From: Octopus bimaculoides | Lineage: Eukaryota | Direction of reading: 5' to 3' | DNA length: 64,000 bases | Assembly (NCBI RefSeq): GCF_001194135.2 | Contig: NC_069003.1 | Location: 13,142,061-13,206,060, forward strand | Shown here: piece after piece, positions 51,649-64,000 of the stretch | Layout of the letters: the number at the start of each line of letters is the position of its first letter | Numbering within the stretch: the stretch's first letter is position 1 | The notes under the pieces: generated by a model | Seen by the model: the letters and a program-made list of their open reading frames with translations, nothing else | What the model was told of the DNA's origin: nothing | Database searches by the model: none | Program-made: the position numbers and the translations under genes

Positions 51649-54600
51649 TTCTAACCTTTCAATGACAGTTTCAAGTGACAACCATAAGCATCCATGAAAG
51701 ACAGAAGATGCAGCTGATAAGTTACCTCCATCTTGAGACAAACTATCTCATTCTGTTTCTTTTCTTCCTGGTTTTTCAAAGTTCCCTGCAATTGCTTGTT
51801 CTTATCTCTCTCTTCCTCTAGCTGCTGTTTCAGCTCATTGACCATTTCGTCTCCTAGAATGAGGCCATGCATAGCGTGTGAGTGACCAAAATATAAATCA
51901 GTTGTCACCTTCATCCTCCACCTTACCATCATCATCAGTTAACGTTCATTTTCCCCTGCTGGTATGGGTTGGACAGTTTGACAGGTGCTGACAAGCCAGA
52001 GGACCATGCCAAGCTCCAATGTCTACTTTTTTACACGGTCTCTAAAGTTGAATGCCTTTCTTAATGCCAACCAATTTACAGACATTATTGGGGGCTTTTA
52101 TACCTGGTACCGGCACCAGTGAGGTCACCAAGTAACTCACAAGACAAGAAAACCCCTTGAGTGCAAAGGAGGTGTGCTGTTGAGAGAAGTGGCTTTATAC
52201 CTGGTAATGAAAGGTTAAAGTATGATAGAGGGACAGAAACAGGTGTCATGCTGTCGTGGAGGTACATAATCACCCCAGTCGGAAAAGAGACGAAAGGAGG
52301 AAGAGAAGAGAGAAAAGATGATGATGAAAACGTGTCAGAGCAGAACCAAAACATAAATCAGGAAAGAAAAGAAAATCAAAACCATTCACCACCATTGTCG
52401 TAAGCATTACTTATTTATTCATCTATTTATTTATTTACTTATTTATTTATCTATTCATTTGTTTATTTATTGCAGACATTGGAGCTCAGCACAGTCCTGT
52501 GGCTCATCAGTTACTGTCAAACTGCACAGCCCATGCCAGCATTGAAAAGGGGCCTTGACCCTTTTGAGACACACAGCATTTTGGTATCTATAGCCAAAAA
52601 GACCAAAACATTTTTTTCTGTCAAGATTGAAACTGATGGATGCATGTAGAAAACAAAAGATAAAGTGCCTCAAACTACTTTATTAGTATGTAAAACTATA
52701 GGAGTGGCTGTGTGGTAAGTAGCTTGCTTACGAACCACATGGTTCTGGGTTCAGTCCCACTGCGTGGCACCTTGGGCAAGTGTCTTCTACTATAGTCTCG
52801 GGCCAACCAAAGCCTTGTGAGTGGATTTGGCAGACTAAAACTGAAAGAAGCCCGTCGTATATATGTATATATATGTATGTGTGTGTATATGTTTGTGTGT
52901 CTGTGTTTGTTCCCCCAACATCCCTTGACAACCGATGCTGGTGTGTTTATGTCCCCATAACTTAGCAGTTCGGCAAAAGAGACCGATAGAATAAGTACTA
53001 GGCTTGCAAAGAATAAGTCCTGGGGTCGATTTGCTCGACTAAAGGCGGTGCTCCAGCATGGCCGCAGTCAAATGACTGAAACAAATAAAAGAGTTAAAGA
53101 GTAAAAGACGACCCCTGATTACACTTTAAAACATTTATTTCATTGAGCCTCAAAGTCTTTTCAGCTTGTATCACTTGGGCTGATCAATCAGCTCAGTTGT
53201 CCCAAGAAGGTTAACCCTTTAACAGTTAAACCAGCCATAGCCAACCCAAATATTCCTCTTGTTTTATGTTCAAACCAGCCATATCTGTCTTCTCGCACCT
53301 ACCCATTCTAAAAATAAACGATCACATCATCAAAATCTCAAAGCTACAGATTTTTCTGTCAACTGTAACACTTATTCTTTCATATTGTTTTTAAATTAAT
53401 AATTGCATTATCTCTTAGCTTTGAGACTTTGATGATGTGATCGTTTATTTTTAGAATGACATTGTAGGGTAGGTGTGAGAAGATAATGCAATTATTAATT
53501 TAAAAACAATATGAAAGAATAAGTGTTACAGTTGATAAAGGGTTAAATGACACCGCTGACACCAACAACATTGATTATGCTGACAATGATGATGATGATG
53601 TCATTTAGTCAAGAGAAAAAGTAGTATCCAGGACCCTTTACTGAGCCTCCAAGAGTGGATGGGTGAGAGTGAGGGAATAAAAGTATCTTGAAATTAGAGA
53701 ATGCTTGTAACAGAGGGGACTACGCTAAGGGCATATCAAGGACCAGGAGGTGAACATAAGACCAGCCAAGAGATTTAATCAATTGCCCAGGTGAGCTACA
53801 GCAGGATTTGAACTCTGAATGCGAAGAGTAGGCAAAAATTTCCCCACTAGGCACCCTGATCAATACCCTAATGATTCTATGATAAATAAAGGACCAGAGG
53901 AATCAACTAATGTAATATGTCTTTCCCTTTTTTGAAATGACAGAAAGTAATTTGAGAGAGATTTGGCTACTATTTCTAGCAGGAGATAGCCACCATCCTT
54001 ACAGCTACCATCCTTACAGCTACCATCCTTAGAGCCACCATCCATGTGTCCATCCCACCTCCACTCAGTAAAATGTTATTTATTTTGCAGACCAGTGTCT
54101 GCTTGGGTGGTAGCAGACACCCCTCTTACTTCCACATTCATTAACAGCAGAAATATGATGACGGGTGGGGTGGGGAAGGGTAGTGGTGATGATGGTGACA
54201 ACAATAACAATTGCTACAATAATGATGATGACACAAGAATGACAGCATGACAACAATGATGATGGTGATAGTGGTGGGGGTGGATGGTGTAATGTGGTGA
54301 TGGTGATGACAGCTATGAGGGTGACATGCCAACAGTGGTGGTGGTGGTAGCGGCGGCAGTGGCGGTGGCGGCAGTGGCAGCGGCAGTGGCGGCGGCAGTG
54401 GCAGCGGCAGTAGCGGCGGCGACTACGACAATGATGACGATGATGGTGCGGCAGTGGTGGGGGAGGAGGAGGAGGAGGAGGAGGAAGTGGAAGAAGAGGA
54501 GGATAAAAATAGAATTTTCCCAGGATAAATTAACCTATTGTCTATTTTTGAAATCCATTAAAACAAAAGACAGGTATTAATAGCTGAATATAAAAGTAAA

Positions 54601-56720
54601 TCCTGTTTTTTTTTCTCTTAGACACCACCACCAACACAACCACTACCATCACCTTCAGATCACCCATTGTCTTACACTCACAAATACATATACACACTCT
54701 CACACTCACATACCTACATTCACACATTCAGTAGCACACACACACACAAATACACACACACCATATACACTCTCACTCCTCTCCAACAATACGAACTACC
54801 TACCTACATATATATATATACATACTTACTCTTAAATGCAAACACATACACACAGTATACTTAGAACTGTGAGAAAATATGTCAGTCACAATGGCTATTT
54901 ATATATTTATTCACCCATTAAATATATTTTAGCATTCCTGTGAGAGCTAGAAGGAGGAGGTCTGATTTCCTATCAATCTGAGAAGGGACAGAGCCCACAG
55001 AGTGTCAGATAATTAGGTCAGGTTAGTTGAGTTACTTAATGTTTGCAAATTTACTATAAGCATTGAATCAACCCTTCTCCATGGCTCTTCAGCATGGACA
55101 CTGGACAAGAAACTTGAAAAGAAGTTTGATGGTACACACACACTCACACAGAGACACCTCGAAAGTAAACTGGCACCATCATTCTCTTTCATGGACATTT
55201 GCTGGTCAAAGAAGAGGTTTCCTTCTAGCTCCTCTACTATAATGGCCAAGTTGATGGAGTTAAATCACAGAAGTACTCCGACTCATTTGGAGCTGATCAG
55301 CAACATAAGCTGCCTTACAGCAGGGATCATATTCAACAATCCACCTGACAGTATGTCAGAGGGTCTGAGTCAACCTGAGCAGGATGCTATTGATTTCTTT
55401 CCTTCACTGTTGACTGTAGCAACAAGGTTTTGTGCCATCTTATGCTGGCTAAGTCCACCCTCAGATTGATCCACTATATGCCCTGCTTGAAAACCAGAAA
55501 TCCCTTCTGTTTCTAGTGTTCATAGCAAGGCTAGTTGCAATAAGCAATTAATATTCTGTAATCGGCGACAGCGGCGGTGGCGGCGGCAGTGGCAGCAGCG
55601 GTAGTGGCGGCAGTGATGGTTGCCACATGAATTTATACAAATTCTGAAACAAGCTGGGAGGCTCTCTTCTTTGAGGCTTATTGATCTGCTAGAAATAGTA
55701 GTCAAATATTCTCCCAATGACACCATACTGTCTGGGAAAAAATGGAACGTTGCATATCATAAATGTTGGATAGATTATGTGACAATTAAATAAATAAATA
55801 AGTTGCATATGATCACAGCTGGAATGTCTTTGTTTGGAAGGTCTGCTGAATAAAAGCTGATCAGGGAACAACAACAACAGCAATAGCAACAAGCACTAAC
55901 CACATGACAAAAAGGCAGACTAGCCAGCAAGCTGACACAGTCACTGCTACCACAGCCACCATTAAGTCCACCATGACCACCACTAACTCCACCACTGCAA
56001 GCCCCACCACCAGTAATACCACTACCACCACCATCACCACTACCTCCAGCACTACCACCACTACCCCAACACCATTAACACCAACACCAACACCGCTATC
56101 ACTACCACCACCATCACAATCACCACCACCAGCTCTACATCCAATACCACCATCACTACCACTATCACCACCATCACCACCTCCACCACCAGCATTACCT
56201 TCAGCACTGCCACCACCACCATCACAACCTCCACCATCAACACCATAATTACACTACAATAATTCACAGCTGTCTGACCTGAAAATGTAAATCTGTAAGC
56301 ACATAATAAAAAAAAAAGTTGACAGTAACAACAATAACAACATTAGTGTGTGAGAGTATCTCAACACATTATCATTGAAACTATGCAATGTAGTGGTGAA
56401 AACTCCCTACATTTTAGAATAAACTATACATGACAATAACAACAGACAGAAGAACACAAACCAATTGATTCTTTAATTGCTTAGAGAGAGAGAGAGAGAA
56501 CATCTTGGCCTGCTAGAAACAGAAGTCAGAGCTTAGTCGAATTATATTGTATTGTGTAGGGTGCAGGCATGGCTGTGTGGTAAAAAGTTAGCTTTCCAAC
56601 CATATGGTTCTGGGTTCAGTCCCATTGCTTGGCACCTTGGGCAAGTGGCTTCTACTACAGCCTTGGGTCAGTCAAAGTCTTCCAAGTAGATTTAGTAAAT
56701 GGAAACTGAAAGAAGCCTGT

Positions 56721-56762
<42 letters not shown>

Positions 56763-57951
56763 TGTTTGTGTCTTTGTGTTTATCCTCCACCATCACTTGA
56801 CAACAGGTGTTGGTTTGTTTATATCCCTATAACTTAAGTACTTCGACGAAAAAAAATGATTGAATAAATACCAGGCTCAAAAATAAGTACTGGGGTCAAT
56901 TCCCTCAACAAAACTTCTCCAAGGTAGTGCTCCAACATAGCCACAGTCTAATGACTGAAACAAGCAAAAGAATAAAAAAATATTGTTTGGTCACATTATA
57001 CAGGGTGTCCACAAGGTCTGGGTACGTGGAGTAAATAAAATCATAACATAAGCAATTAAATATAAGAAATAATAATTTCTTAAAGTATGTGTTAATCCCC
57101 AGGTGGGTACATGGAGTAAATAAAACCATGACATAAACAATTAAATATAAGAAATAATAATAATGTTGTTAATCCCCATGTACCCAGACTTTGTGGACAC
57201 CCTGTATACTTGATTATTATTGATATTCAATAGAGGTCATTATGGTCATAACAGTAATGCATCTGATCATAAGTTCTGCTTGATCAGAGCTAACTTGGGT
57301 CTAAACATTAACATAGTGACTTGGACTGGACCCTAAAGTCTTGTGTTTCAGGCATTTTAAACTTAGTGGAGCCTAGTACAGAGAAATGTGATAGGGTGAT
57401 GCCATAGTAGGATGATGAGGGAGGGTGGTATGCTAAGAGAAGTAAAGCTGAATTAGGAGGAAAGAATGAACAGGTAGAAGGAGGAGGTGATACTTTAGCA
57501 GTTTATTGATGGGGAAACCAAAGGCTAAGGGTGAAAGATGGTAGAATGGAGCAATGAAGGGAAAACCTGTGAAGAACTGACAAAATGAAAAATGAAGAAT
57601 GAAAATTGAAAAAAATGTAAAGAGAAAAATATTTAAATACTATCTTAAAGAAAAAATTAAAAAATGAGAAAATGAAAGTGAAAAGATGAGAAACTGAGGT
57701 ATTAGTATAAATATATTTATATGAACAATGAACAGTGAGGAGGTCTTTAGAAATCCTCATTTGAGAAAACCCAAAAAGTTGTTTTTTTTATTCTCAAATT
57801 TTCGAAGTTCAAAGGTACAGAAGTTTCAAAAGTTCAGAAAGTTTAAAAATTTAAAAGGTCAAGCAGTTTTTGACAGATAAACAGACAAACAGACAGACAG
57901 ATAGATGGATAGATAGAGAGATAGAGATAGATGGATAGACAGACAGAAATA

Positions 57952-57982
<31 letters not shown>

Positions 57983-59041
57983 GCAGGCAGACAGACAGAC
58001 AGACAGGCAGACAGACAGACAGACAGACAGGCAGGCAGCAGACAGACAGGCAGGCAGCAGACAGACAGACAGATAGCTAGCAGAGACCTACTGTTGGCAT
58101 GTGGTCTGCGTGTTGCCTTGTTGCTAGTTCTAGGGTTAGTGGGTTAAATGAGCACTTTTGGATCTATAATTTTTCATCAGACTTTATACTTTATATGGTT
58201 ATTACTGCTGGCATTGGTTAGAGGTTCCATTGGTTAGAGGTTTTGGAGGCAGTAAATGAATTTCCAACCATCAAGTTTGTTCTGGAGGTTGAGACTGGGT
58301 ACCTTCTTCCTGATGAAATGTGCCTCCTTTATTCAGAGGTTGACCGCATCTGTTCCCCTGGTCAGTATCTGGGTGGAGAATTTGTTGGTGGTGTTTGAAT
58401 ATAGCGCTGAGTGTTGTGACCTTGTGAAGATGTTCTCTCACTCTGATATGAAGCTGTCATTTGGTCGATCCAATATAATTATCCCCACAAATACAGGTCA
58501 TTTCATATATTACATTCGTTTGAAAACATAGCATGGTGCTGTCCATGGGCTGCTTGGCTTTGATGGGGCATTGGTTCAGTGTTCTGTATGTTGTTGTTGT
58601 GAGAGAGATACTGTCTGAGGGTGTGGCCTTGCCTTGTGATTCTGACAGGGAGGCCAGACTTTCTGATGACGTTCCCTAGTTGGTTTTCAACCCTTGCTCA
58701 GACTGTAAAGTCTGATGAAAGATTATAGATCTGAAAGTGCTCATTTAGCCCACTAACCTTAGAACTAGCAACAAGGCTACACACAGACCACATGCCAACA
58801 GTCAGTCCCCTTATATTTCTATCTAGCTATCTGTCTACCTATCTACCTATTTACTTATCTAATGCATATCTCAAAAACCGCTAAACCTATTAACTTTTAG
58901 CTTCTGATATTTTATACTTCTGGTCTATCTATCTATCCCTCTGTCTATTTATCTATCTATCTATCTGTCTATCTATCTATCTGTCTATCTATCTATCTAT
59001 CTGTCTATCTATCTATATATCCATCTATTTCTATTTATCTC

Positions 59042-59080
<39 letters not shown>

Positions 59081-61082
59081 GTCTATCTATCAAAATTGCT
59101 AAACCTTTTGAACTTTTGAAACTTCTGTAACTTTGAACTTTGAAAATTCAAGAAAAAAGAAAAAAATACTTTCTGAGTTTTCTCAAATGAGGATTTCCAA
59201 AGACCTCCTCATTTTTTAATTTTTTCTTTTTCTTTAAGATAGTTTTTTAATATTTTCCTCTTTTCGTTTTTCATTCTTCACATTTCAATTTCTCAATCTT
59301 TCATTTTGTCAGTTCTCCACGGTTTTCCCTTCATTGCTCTATTCTGCCATCTTTGGTTTCCCCATCAATAAACTGCTAAACCCCTCCTCCAAGTATCACC
59401 TCCTCCTTCTACCTGTTCATTCTTTCCTCCTAGCTCAGCTTTACTTTTCTTAACGTAGCACCCCCTCTCACCATCCTACTACAGCGTCACTCTGTCACAT
59501 TTCTCTGTACTAGACCACAATCATGTTACCTGAGATACACCAACATCTTTTAGTGGAGCCTGTTCCTCTCGAGACATGGCCACAACCAATTTCTTCCTGA
59601 GACAAGGGAGAGAGGGGAAGAGAGAGGGGAAGAGAGAGAGGAACTGATCCCAGGACAGGACTGGCATTTTATTTATCAATCCTGAAAGGATGAAAAGTAT
59701 AGATGACTTCAGTAGGATTTGAACTCAAACTACAGAAAGATATTATACCCAATGTGAAGACATGTGGCCTTGTGGTTAGAGTATTGAACTCATGATCACA
59801 AGATCATGGTTTCAATTCCCAGACAGAGTGATATCTTGTTTTTTGCTCCAGTCCATTATGCTATCAATGGGTTCCAGTAATAGCAGGGAAATTATCCCTG
59901 TGATGTACTGGCATCAGGTTCAAGGGGAACATTGTGATCCTTGTCACTTATACGTCATGGACAGTGGGTAAGAGGCTCTATGTGTCCTAGGACTTGAGGA
60001 AGCACTAACTGACTTTTTTCTTTCTTTCTTGCCTTTAACCGTCCAACGCGGAGTATAGGCCACTTATAATTGAATTCCATGTCGCATAATTTTTCGCTTC
60101 TGTACTTATACTCTGCCATGAATGTCCCCCTTTCTCTAGTTCCTTTTGTGTTGATCTACACCATGAGTTCTTAGGCCTACCCCTAACTGACTTACTAACT
60201 TACTTACTTACTCACTATTATACCCAATTCTCTAATTCTGCCAATTTGCCTCCAACAAAACAGAGATGACAAAGGACCAAGACTTCTAACGGTTTACTGT
60301 GCTTGAGAAGATACATCAAGCTAAGTAAAATCATGGTTGCCCTTATATACAGGCATTGTCCCCTACATCCCTCTTTCAGCTGAGCAATCCTAATATTGCA
60401 GGTGCATGGGACCTGGTGTCACATAAAAAGCATCTGTGCTGGTGCCATGTAAAAGCACCCATGCTAGTGCTGCATAAAAGCACCCAGCACACTCTGTAAA
60501 GTGGTTGGCATTAGGAAGGGCATCCAGCCATAGAAACCATGCCAAAACAGACATGGAGCCCAGGCAGCTCTTCAGCTGGCCAGCTCCTGTCAAACCATCC
60601 AACCCATGCCAGTAGGGAAAACAGATGTTAAATGATGATGATGATGACGACGATGACAACAACGATGATGACAACAACGACAACAACAACAAACACAAAG
60701 AGTATCCTTCCTTTTTTTTAAAACAGTAGGACATATGATATAGGCTGCTATTTCTAGGAGGTTGGGAAATTACTTAGAGATTCTTTTGGCAACAGATAAT
60801 AGTATCATTGATACACTGTCTGACGCAAAAAAAGAGGGTATGGTCTTGATTGGAATTTTTGTGATTGTTGGTCAACTTGAAGTGTCACTTGGTGATAAAT
60901 GCCAGAACTACAACAAACAAAAACAACTATAGCAACAACAACAACAACAACAACAACAGTATCAATGAAGATACTTAACTCTCTTCTGTGAAACTACGTG
61001 CCATCTCAGAGATGTTTCTGCTGTGTTCCAACTGTAATTTCTTCAGGCTTTCTTCATGTCTCTCTTTGGTATCTTTTAGTTC
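48767..61082 (-). CDS. CCDC152: Coiled-coil protein, CCDC152-like, 3' partial; complement(join(48767..48940,50078..50164,51726..51853,60980..61082)); 5' exons outside the window or in gaps
   Basis: Spliced product: [163 protein letters not shown]. Introns are phase-compatible GT-AG and the sequence is heptad-rich in [20 protein letters not shown] and [14 protein letters not shown] resemble, from memory, KQNEIIKLQLEFDAKL and QSIYRRKLQHFQEE of vertebrate CCDC152; needs BLAST confirmation. Confidence 0.72.
50078..50164 (-). CDS. CCDC152-like exon ([29 protein letters not shown], phase 0-0)
   Basis: Acceptor atttCAG, donor AAG|GTAAGT; 87 nt. Confidence 0.88.
51726..51853 (-). CDS. CCDC152-like exon ([42 protein letters not shown], phase 1-0)
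   Basis: Acceptor attctAG, donor GAG|GTAACT. Confidence 0.88.
52699..53108 (+). mobile_element. SINE family A, young near-consensus copy
   Basis: Almost identical to 32444..32838, with CpGs retained. Confidence 0.9.
55065..55290 (+). mobile_element. RTE LINE fragment
   Basis: [26 protein letters not shown], a decayed LLYGSEAWTL..LEKKLDGTYT motif. Confidence 0.7.
55375..55485 (-). CDS. Candidate symmetric (phase 1-1, 111 nt) exon within the CCDC152-like gene, [36 protein letters not shown]
   Basis: Open frame, pyrimidine tract plus AAG acceptor, weak donor CAG|GTTGAC. Preserves frame between flanking exons; no recognisable homology. Confidence 0.3.
55870..56270 (+). repeat. Low-complexity (ACC/CAC/AAC)n tract; similar tracts at 54200..54500, 63090..63700 (GGCAGCAGTGGA-like 12-mer) and 44367..44480 (GAT)n
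   Basis: Trinucleotide-rich simple sequence that produces spurious ORFs on both strands. Confidence 0.9.
57001..57204. mobile_element. Tc1/mariner-type MITE with TA TSD
   Basis: 29-bp TIRs CAGGGTGTCCACAA(A/G)GTCTGGGTAC(A/G)TGG with 2 mismatches; TA at 56999-57000 and 57205-57206; internal ~85-bp direct duplication. Confidence 0.9.
57375..59549 (-). mobile_element. Penelope-like retroelement insertion: GIY-YIG fragment flanked by inverted pseudo-LTRs, 12-bp TSD
   Basis: Minus strand 58690->58240 encodes ...[23 protein letters not shown]...[33 protein letters not shown]...[17 protein letters not shown]. Arms 57373..58188 and 58703..59513 are reverse complements (diverged, with indels). TTAGTGGAGCCT lies at 57363-57374 and 59550-59561. 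Confidence 0.9.
58708..58746 (+). ncRNA. Minimal type I hammerhead ribozyme motif in the Penelope pLTR
   Basis: AAGT-CTGATGA-A-AGAT(TATAG)ATCT-GAAA-GTGCT-C-ATTT: canonical CUGAUGA/GAAA core, 4-bp helix II, near-palindromic AGTGCT helix III, UC cleavage site (after 58742), 4-bp helix I. Confidence 0.7.
60980..61082 (-). CDS. CCDC152-like exon ([34 protein letters not shown], phase 0-1)
   Basis: Minus-strand acceptor ttcttCAG; donor A|GTTAAG; open coiled-coil frame. Confidence 0.72.
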
Positions 61083-62196
61083 CTGAAGAACGGTCATTGT
61101 TAGAAGGACAATATGGTGGAGAAGAATTTGGACTGGAATATTTCAAACTCACACATGCATATACATACACATAAATACACAAACAAATTCACACTCATAT
61201 TGTAACACAACATACATTCACAGGCATACACACAGGGACACACCCACCCACTCTCTCTCACACACACACACACTTACACACACTCACACATGAACACACA
61301 TACATATACATTCACACTCTCACACATGTATATACAGAAAAACACACCAACACACACTCAAACACAGACATACATTCACATATATACACACAGATGCACA
61401 TGCGTGCATGCACATGCATGCACATGCATGCACACACACACACACACACACACACAAGAACACCTGCATGGATCTCTGTCAGTTTCAACAATAAGAATTC
61501 AGTCGTTGATTCAACTGGACTACCTGCCCATTGAAGTAGTATTCAAGTGGCTGAGTATTGCACAGACATGAGTACCCTTAACATAATTCTCATACAGAAT
61601 CAGTATGAGACAGTAACACAGCTGGACTTTTACATGACAGGTAACGGGTACAGCCCATCCAGTGGGTTTCTACATACTTTCCATCTCCCCAAATTCACTC
61701 ACAAGGCTTATTTCAATGTAAGTCTATGATAAAAATATGTGCACAAAGCAGGGGAGGTGTGTGGCTTAGTAGTTAGGGGTGTTGAACTCATAATCATAAG
61801 ATTGTGGTTTCATTCCCTGGACTGGGTGATGCATTGTGTTCTTGAGCAAAGCACTTCATTTTACACAACTCCAGTCCACTCAGCTGGCAAAAATGAGCAA
61901 TTCTCCGACAAACTGGTGTCCCATCCAGTGAGGGAATATATACACCAGAGAATCTGGAAAATCAACCCTATGAGTCTTAATGATAAAGGAAGGTGCATTA
62001 TCCCTTTTTTAAAGCTATATAGCAGCCACAAAACCACTTAACATTTTTACTCAGACATCAAGCTATACTATTCATACACACATTTTTTTCATTATTTGTC
62101 TGTAAAGTTACATATGTGACTCATGGGCCAAGAGTTTCATGCATTACACTTGATAAGTGCAACACATGAAACTCTTGTTTGGCCTATCGAAAAATA

Positions 62197-63058
62197 CAAC
62201 ATGCATTCCAGATGTCTTGAAACCTTTTTTTTAGGAGAGAGTTATAATTGTCTTAGATTGGTTTAATTTTAGAATAACATTACTATACATCTAATAAGCT
62301 GACCTGCCAACTTTTATTATTCCAGGTTAAAGGAGACAGCTATAATAGTATTTTGAACACATCCTACTAAATACTACATGTCACAGCTGACTAGTTTGCA
62401 GAATGCAGTCGAGACATAGTTTTATATTAAACTGGGCAAAAACACTGCAGAGACTTATGAAATGCTCCAGACTGATTATGGATTAAGTTTTTCACTGGCA
62501 CAAGAGGTCCAAGGACAGTAGAGATGAGGTGAGAGATGATGAGAGGTGTTGGAGGAAGAGGAATGTCAGAACATCAGAGCTGGCTGAGAAAATTCACAAT
62601 TTTCTGGATGAAGACCATCATGTGTCTATAAAGACAATAAGAATACAGTTTGGGGTTGGCATGGCAACGTACACAGAACTATTCATGAAGATTTGAACAT
62701 GTGTAAGACTTCTGCAAAGTTTGTTTCCAGGGTGTTCAGTGATGAGAATCTTGGTGACTGACTACTTGACAGAGATGGGCATCAAAACTGTCCCTCGTCC
62801 TCCCTACAATCCAGATCTTGCTCCCTGTGACTTTTGGTTGTTTCCAAAGCTGAAGGAAAACTTCAGGGGCAATCGTTTTGAAGATGAAGGAGGCTGTGAC
62901 TAGGGTACTGGACACCTTCACTTTAGAGGACATCCATGGGGGCCTTCCTACAAGTGCATTAAAGTCAGAGGATCCTATTTTGAAGGAGATTAAAGTTTTG
63001 TACTTTGGAATTAAATTTTTCCCCTGGAAAAGTTTGAAAACTTCTGGAATGCACCTTG
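62197..63058 (+). mobile_element. Internally deleted mariner (Tc1/mariner) DNA transposon
   Basis: Degenerate transposase (KLGKNTAETYEMLQTDYG...; PRPPYNPDLAPCDFWLFPKLKENFRGNRFED, a YSPDLAP-type motif). 27-bp TIRs CAACATGCATTCCAGATGTCTTGAAAC / CAAGGTGCATTCCAGAAGTTTTCAAAC (22/27 match), with TA at the left end. Confidence 0.9.
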
Positions 63059-64000
63059 TTAAAGCATGGGAAAATAGATGTTAAAACAACAAAAATAAGG
63101 TGGCAGCAGTGGAAGTGGCAACAACGGAGGTGTCAGTGGTGGCAGCAACAGAGGTGCAGTCAGGAGGGGAGGCANNNNNNNNNNNNNNNNNNNNNNNNNN
63201 NNNNNNNNNNNNNNNNNNNNNNNNNNNNNNNNNNNNNNNNNNNNNNNNNNNNNNNNNNNNNNNNNNNNNNNNNNNNNNNNNNNNNNNNNNNNNNNNNNNN
63301 NNNNNNNNNNNNNNNNNNNNNNNNNNNNNNNNNNNNNNNNNNNNNNNNNNNNNNNNNNNNNNNNNNNNNNNNNNNNNNNNNNNNNNNNNNNNNNNNAGTG
63401 GTGATAGCCAAGGCAGCAGAGGTGGAAGCAGCACAGACAGCAACAGCATCGATGGTGACAGCAGAGGCAGAGACGGCAGCAGAGGCAACAGCAGCAAAAG
63501 TGGAGGCAGCAGTGGAGGCAGCAGTGGAGGCGGTAGAGGCAGTGGAGGCAGCAGTGGAGACAGCAGTGGAGGCGGTAGAGGCAGTGGAGAGAACAGAGAC
63601 TGAAGGCAGAGGCACCAACAGCAGAAGTGACAGGAGTAGAGGCGGTGGCAATAATGATGTTGATGATGTTGATGATGATGATGATGATGATGTGACCTAA
63701 TTAGCAGTGGAAGTAAGTATTCTAAAAGTATAGTAACCAGAGTAAGAACAGGGTGACAAAAGTTCAGTAAGCTGTTACCTCTGTAGGTAAGAAAGGGTTT
63801 CTCTCATAGAGTAAAGAGGACAGAATGTATGGTGCTTGTATACAGACCGTAATGTGGTAGGGAAGCAAAACATGAGCATTGAATGTGAAAGATTTGCAAA
63901 GGCTTGAAAGGAGTTATGCAAGCAGGCTCCACTGGATATTCATTCCTTTAGCATTTAAACCTACCATACCCAGCCCAAATATTCTACCTGTTTTATACTC

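Noticed and set aside
55520-55740. [26 protein letters not shown]... with a good minus-strand acceptor, as a CCDC152-like exon
   Set aside because: It matches a dispersed repeat also seen at 3320-3490 and 53950-53990 (GATTTGGCTACTATTTCTAGCAG) and has no convincing donor.
55861-56267. Thr/Pro-rich mucin-like ORF (also 54326..54580, 44332..44595)
   Set aside because: Low-complexity trinucleotide tracts open in several frames, with no splice signals.
63081-63700. Long A/E/V/G/S-rich ORFs, including those across the gap
   Set aside because: Simple 12-mer/3-mer repeat open on both strands, padded by Ns.

Overview
AT-rich, repeat-dense eukaryotic genomic DNA with many N gaps. The SINE families and microsatellite load resemble an Octopus draft assembly (inference). 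Two spliced genes were reconstructed by hand. (1) A complete 8-exon SLC25 mitochondrial carrier on the + strand, 2581..35096, with an 849-nt CDS, 282 aa, and all GT-AG introns phase-compatible. (2) The 3' part of a CCDC152-like coiled-coil gene on the - strand, with 4 solid exons between 61082 and 48767 plus one candidate cassette exon. A possible first exon of a third, divergent gene lies at 1608..1629 (-). The rest is mobile DNA and repeats: several tRNA-derived SINE families, RTE and R4-type LINE fragments, three Penelope-like (GIY-YIG) retroelement copies with minimal hammerhead ribozyme motifs, a deleted mariner, mariner/Tc1 MITEs, a 40-bp minisatellite and many microsatellites. The most unusual items are a 2.2-kb Penelope insertion forming a ~0.8-kb inverted repeat with a 12-bp TSD and a canonical-core hammerhead, and a codon-structured 42-bp (14-aa) repeat starting in frame right after the SLC25 stop codon. 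Most ORFs in the supplied track are microsatellite, antisense or N-gap artefacts.
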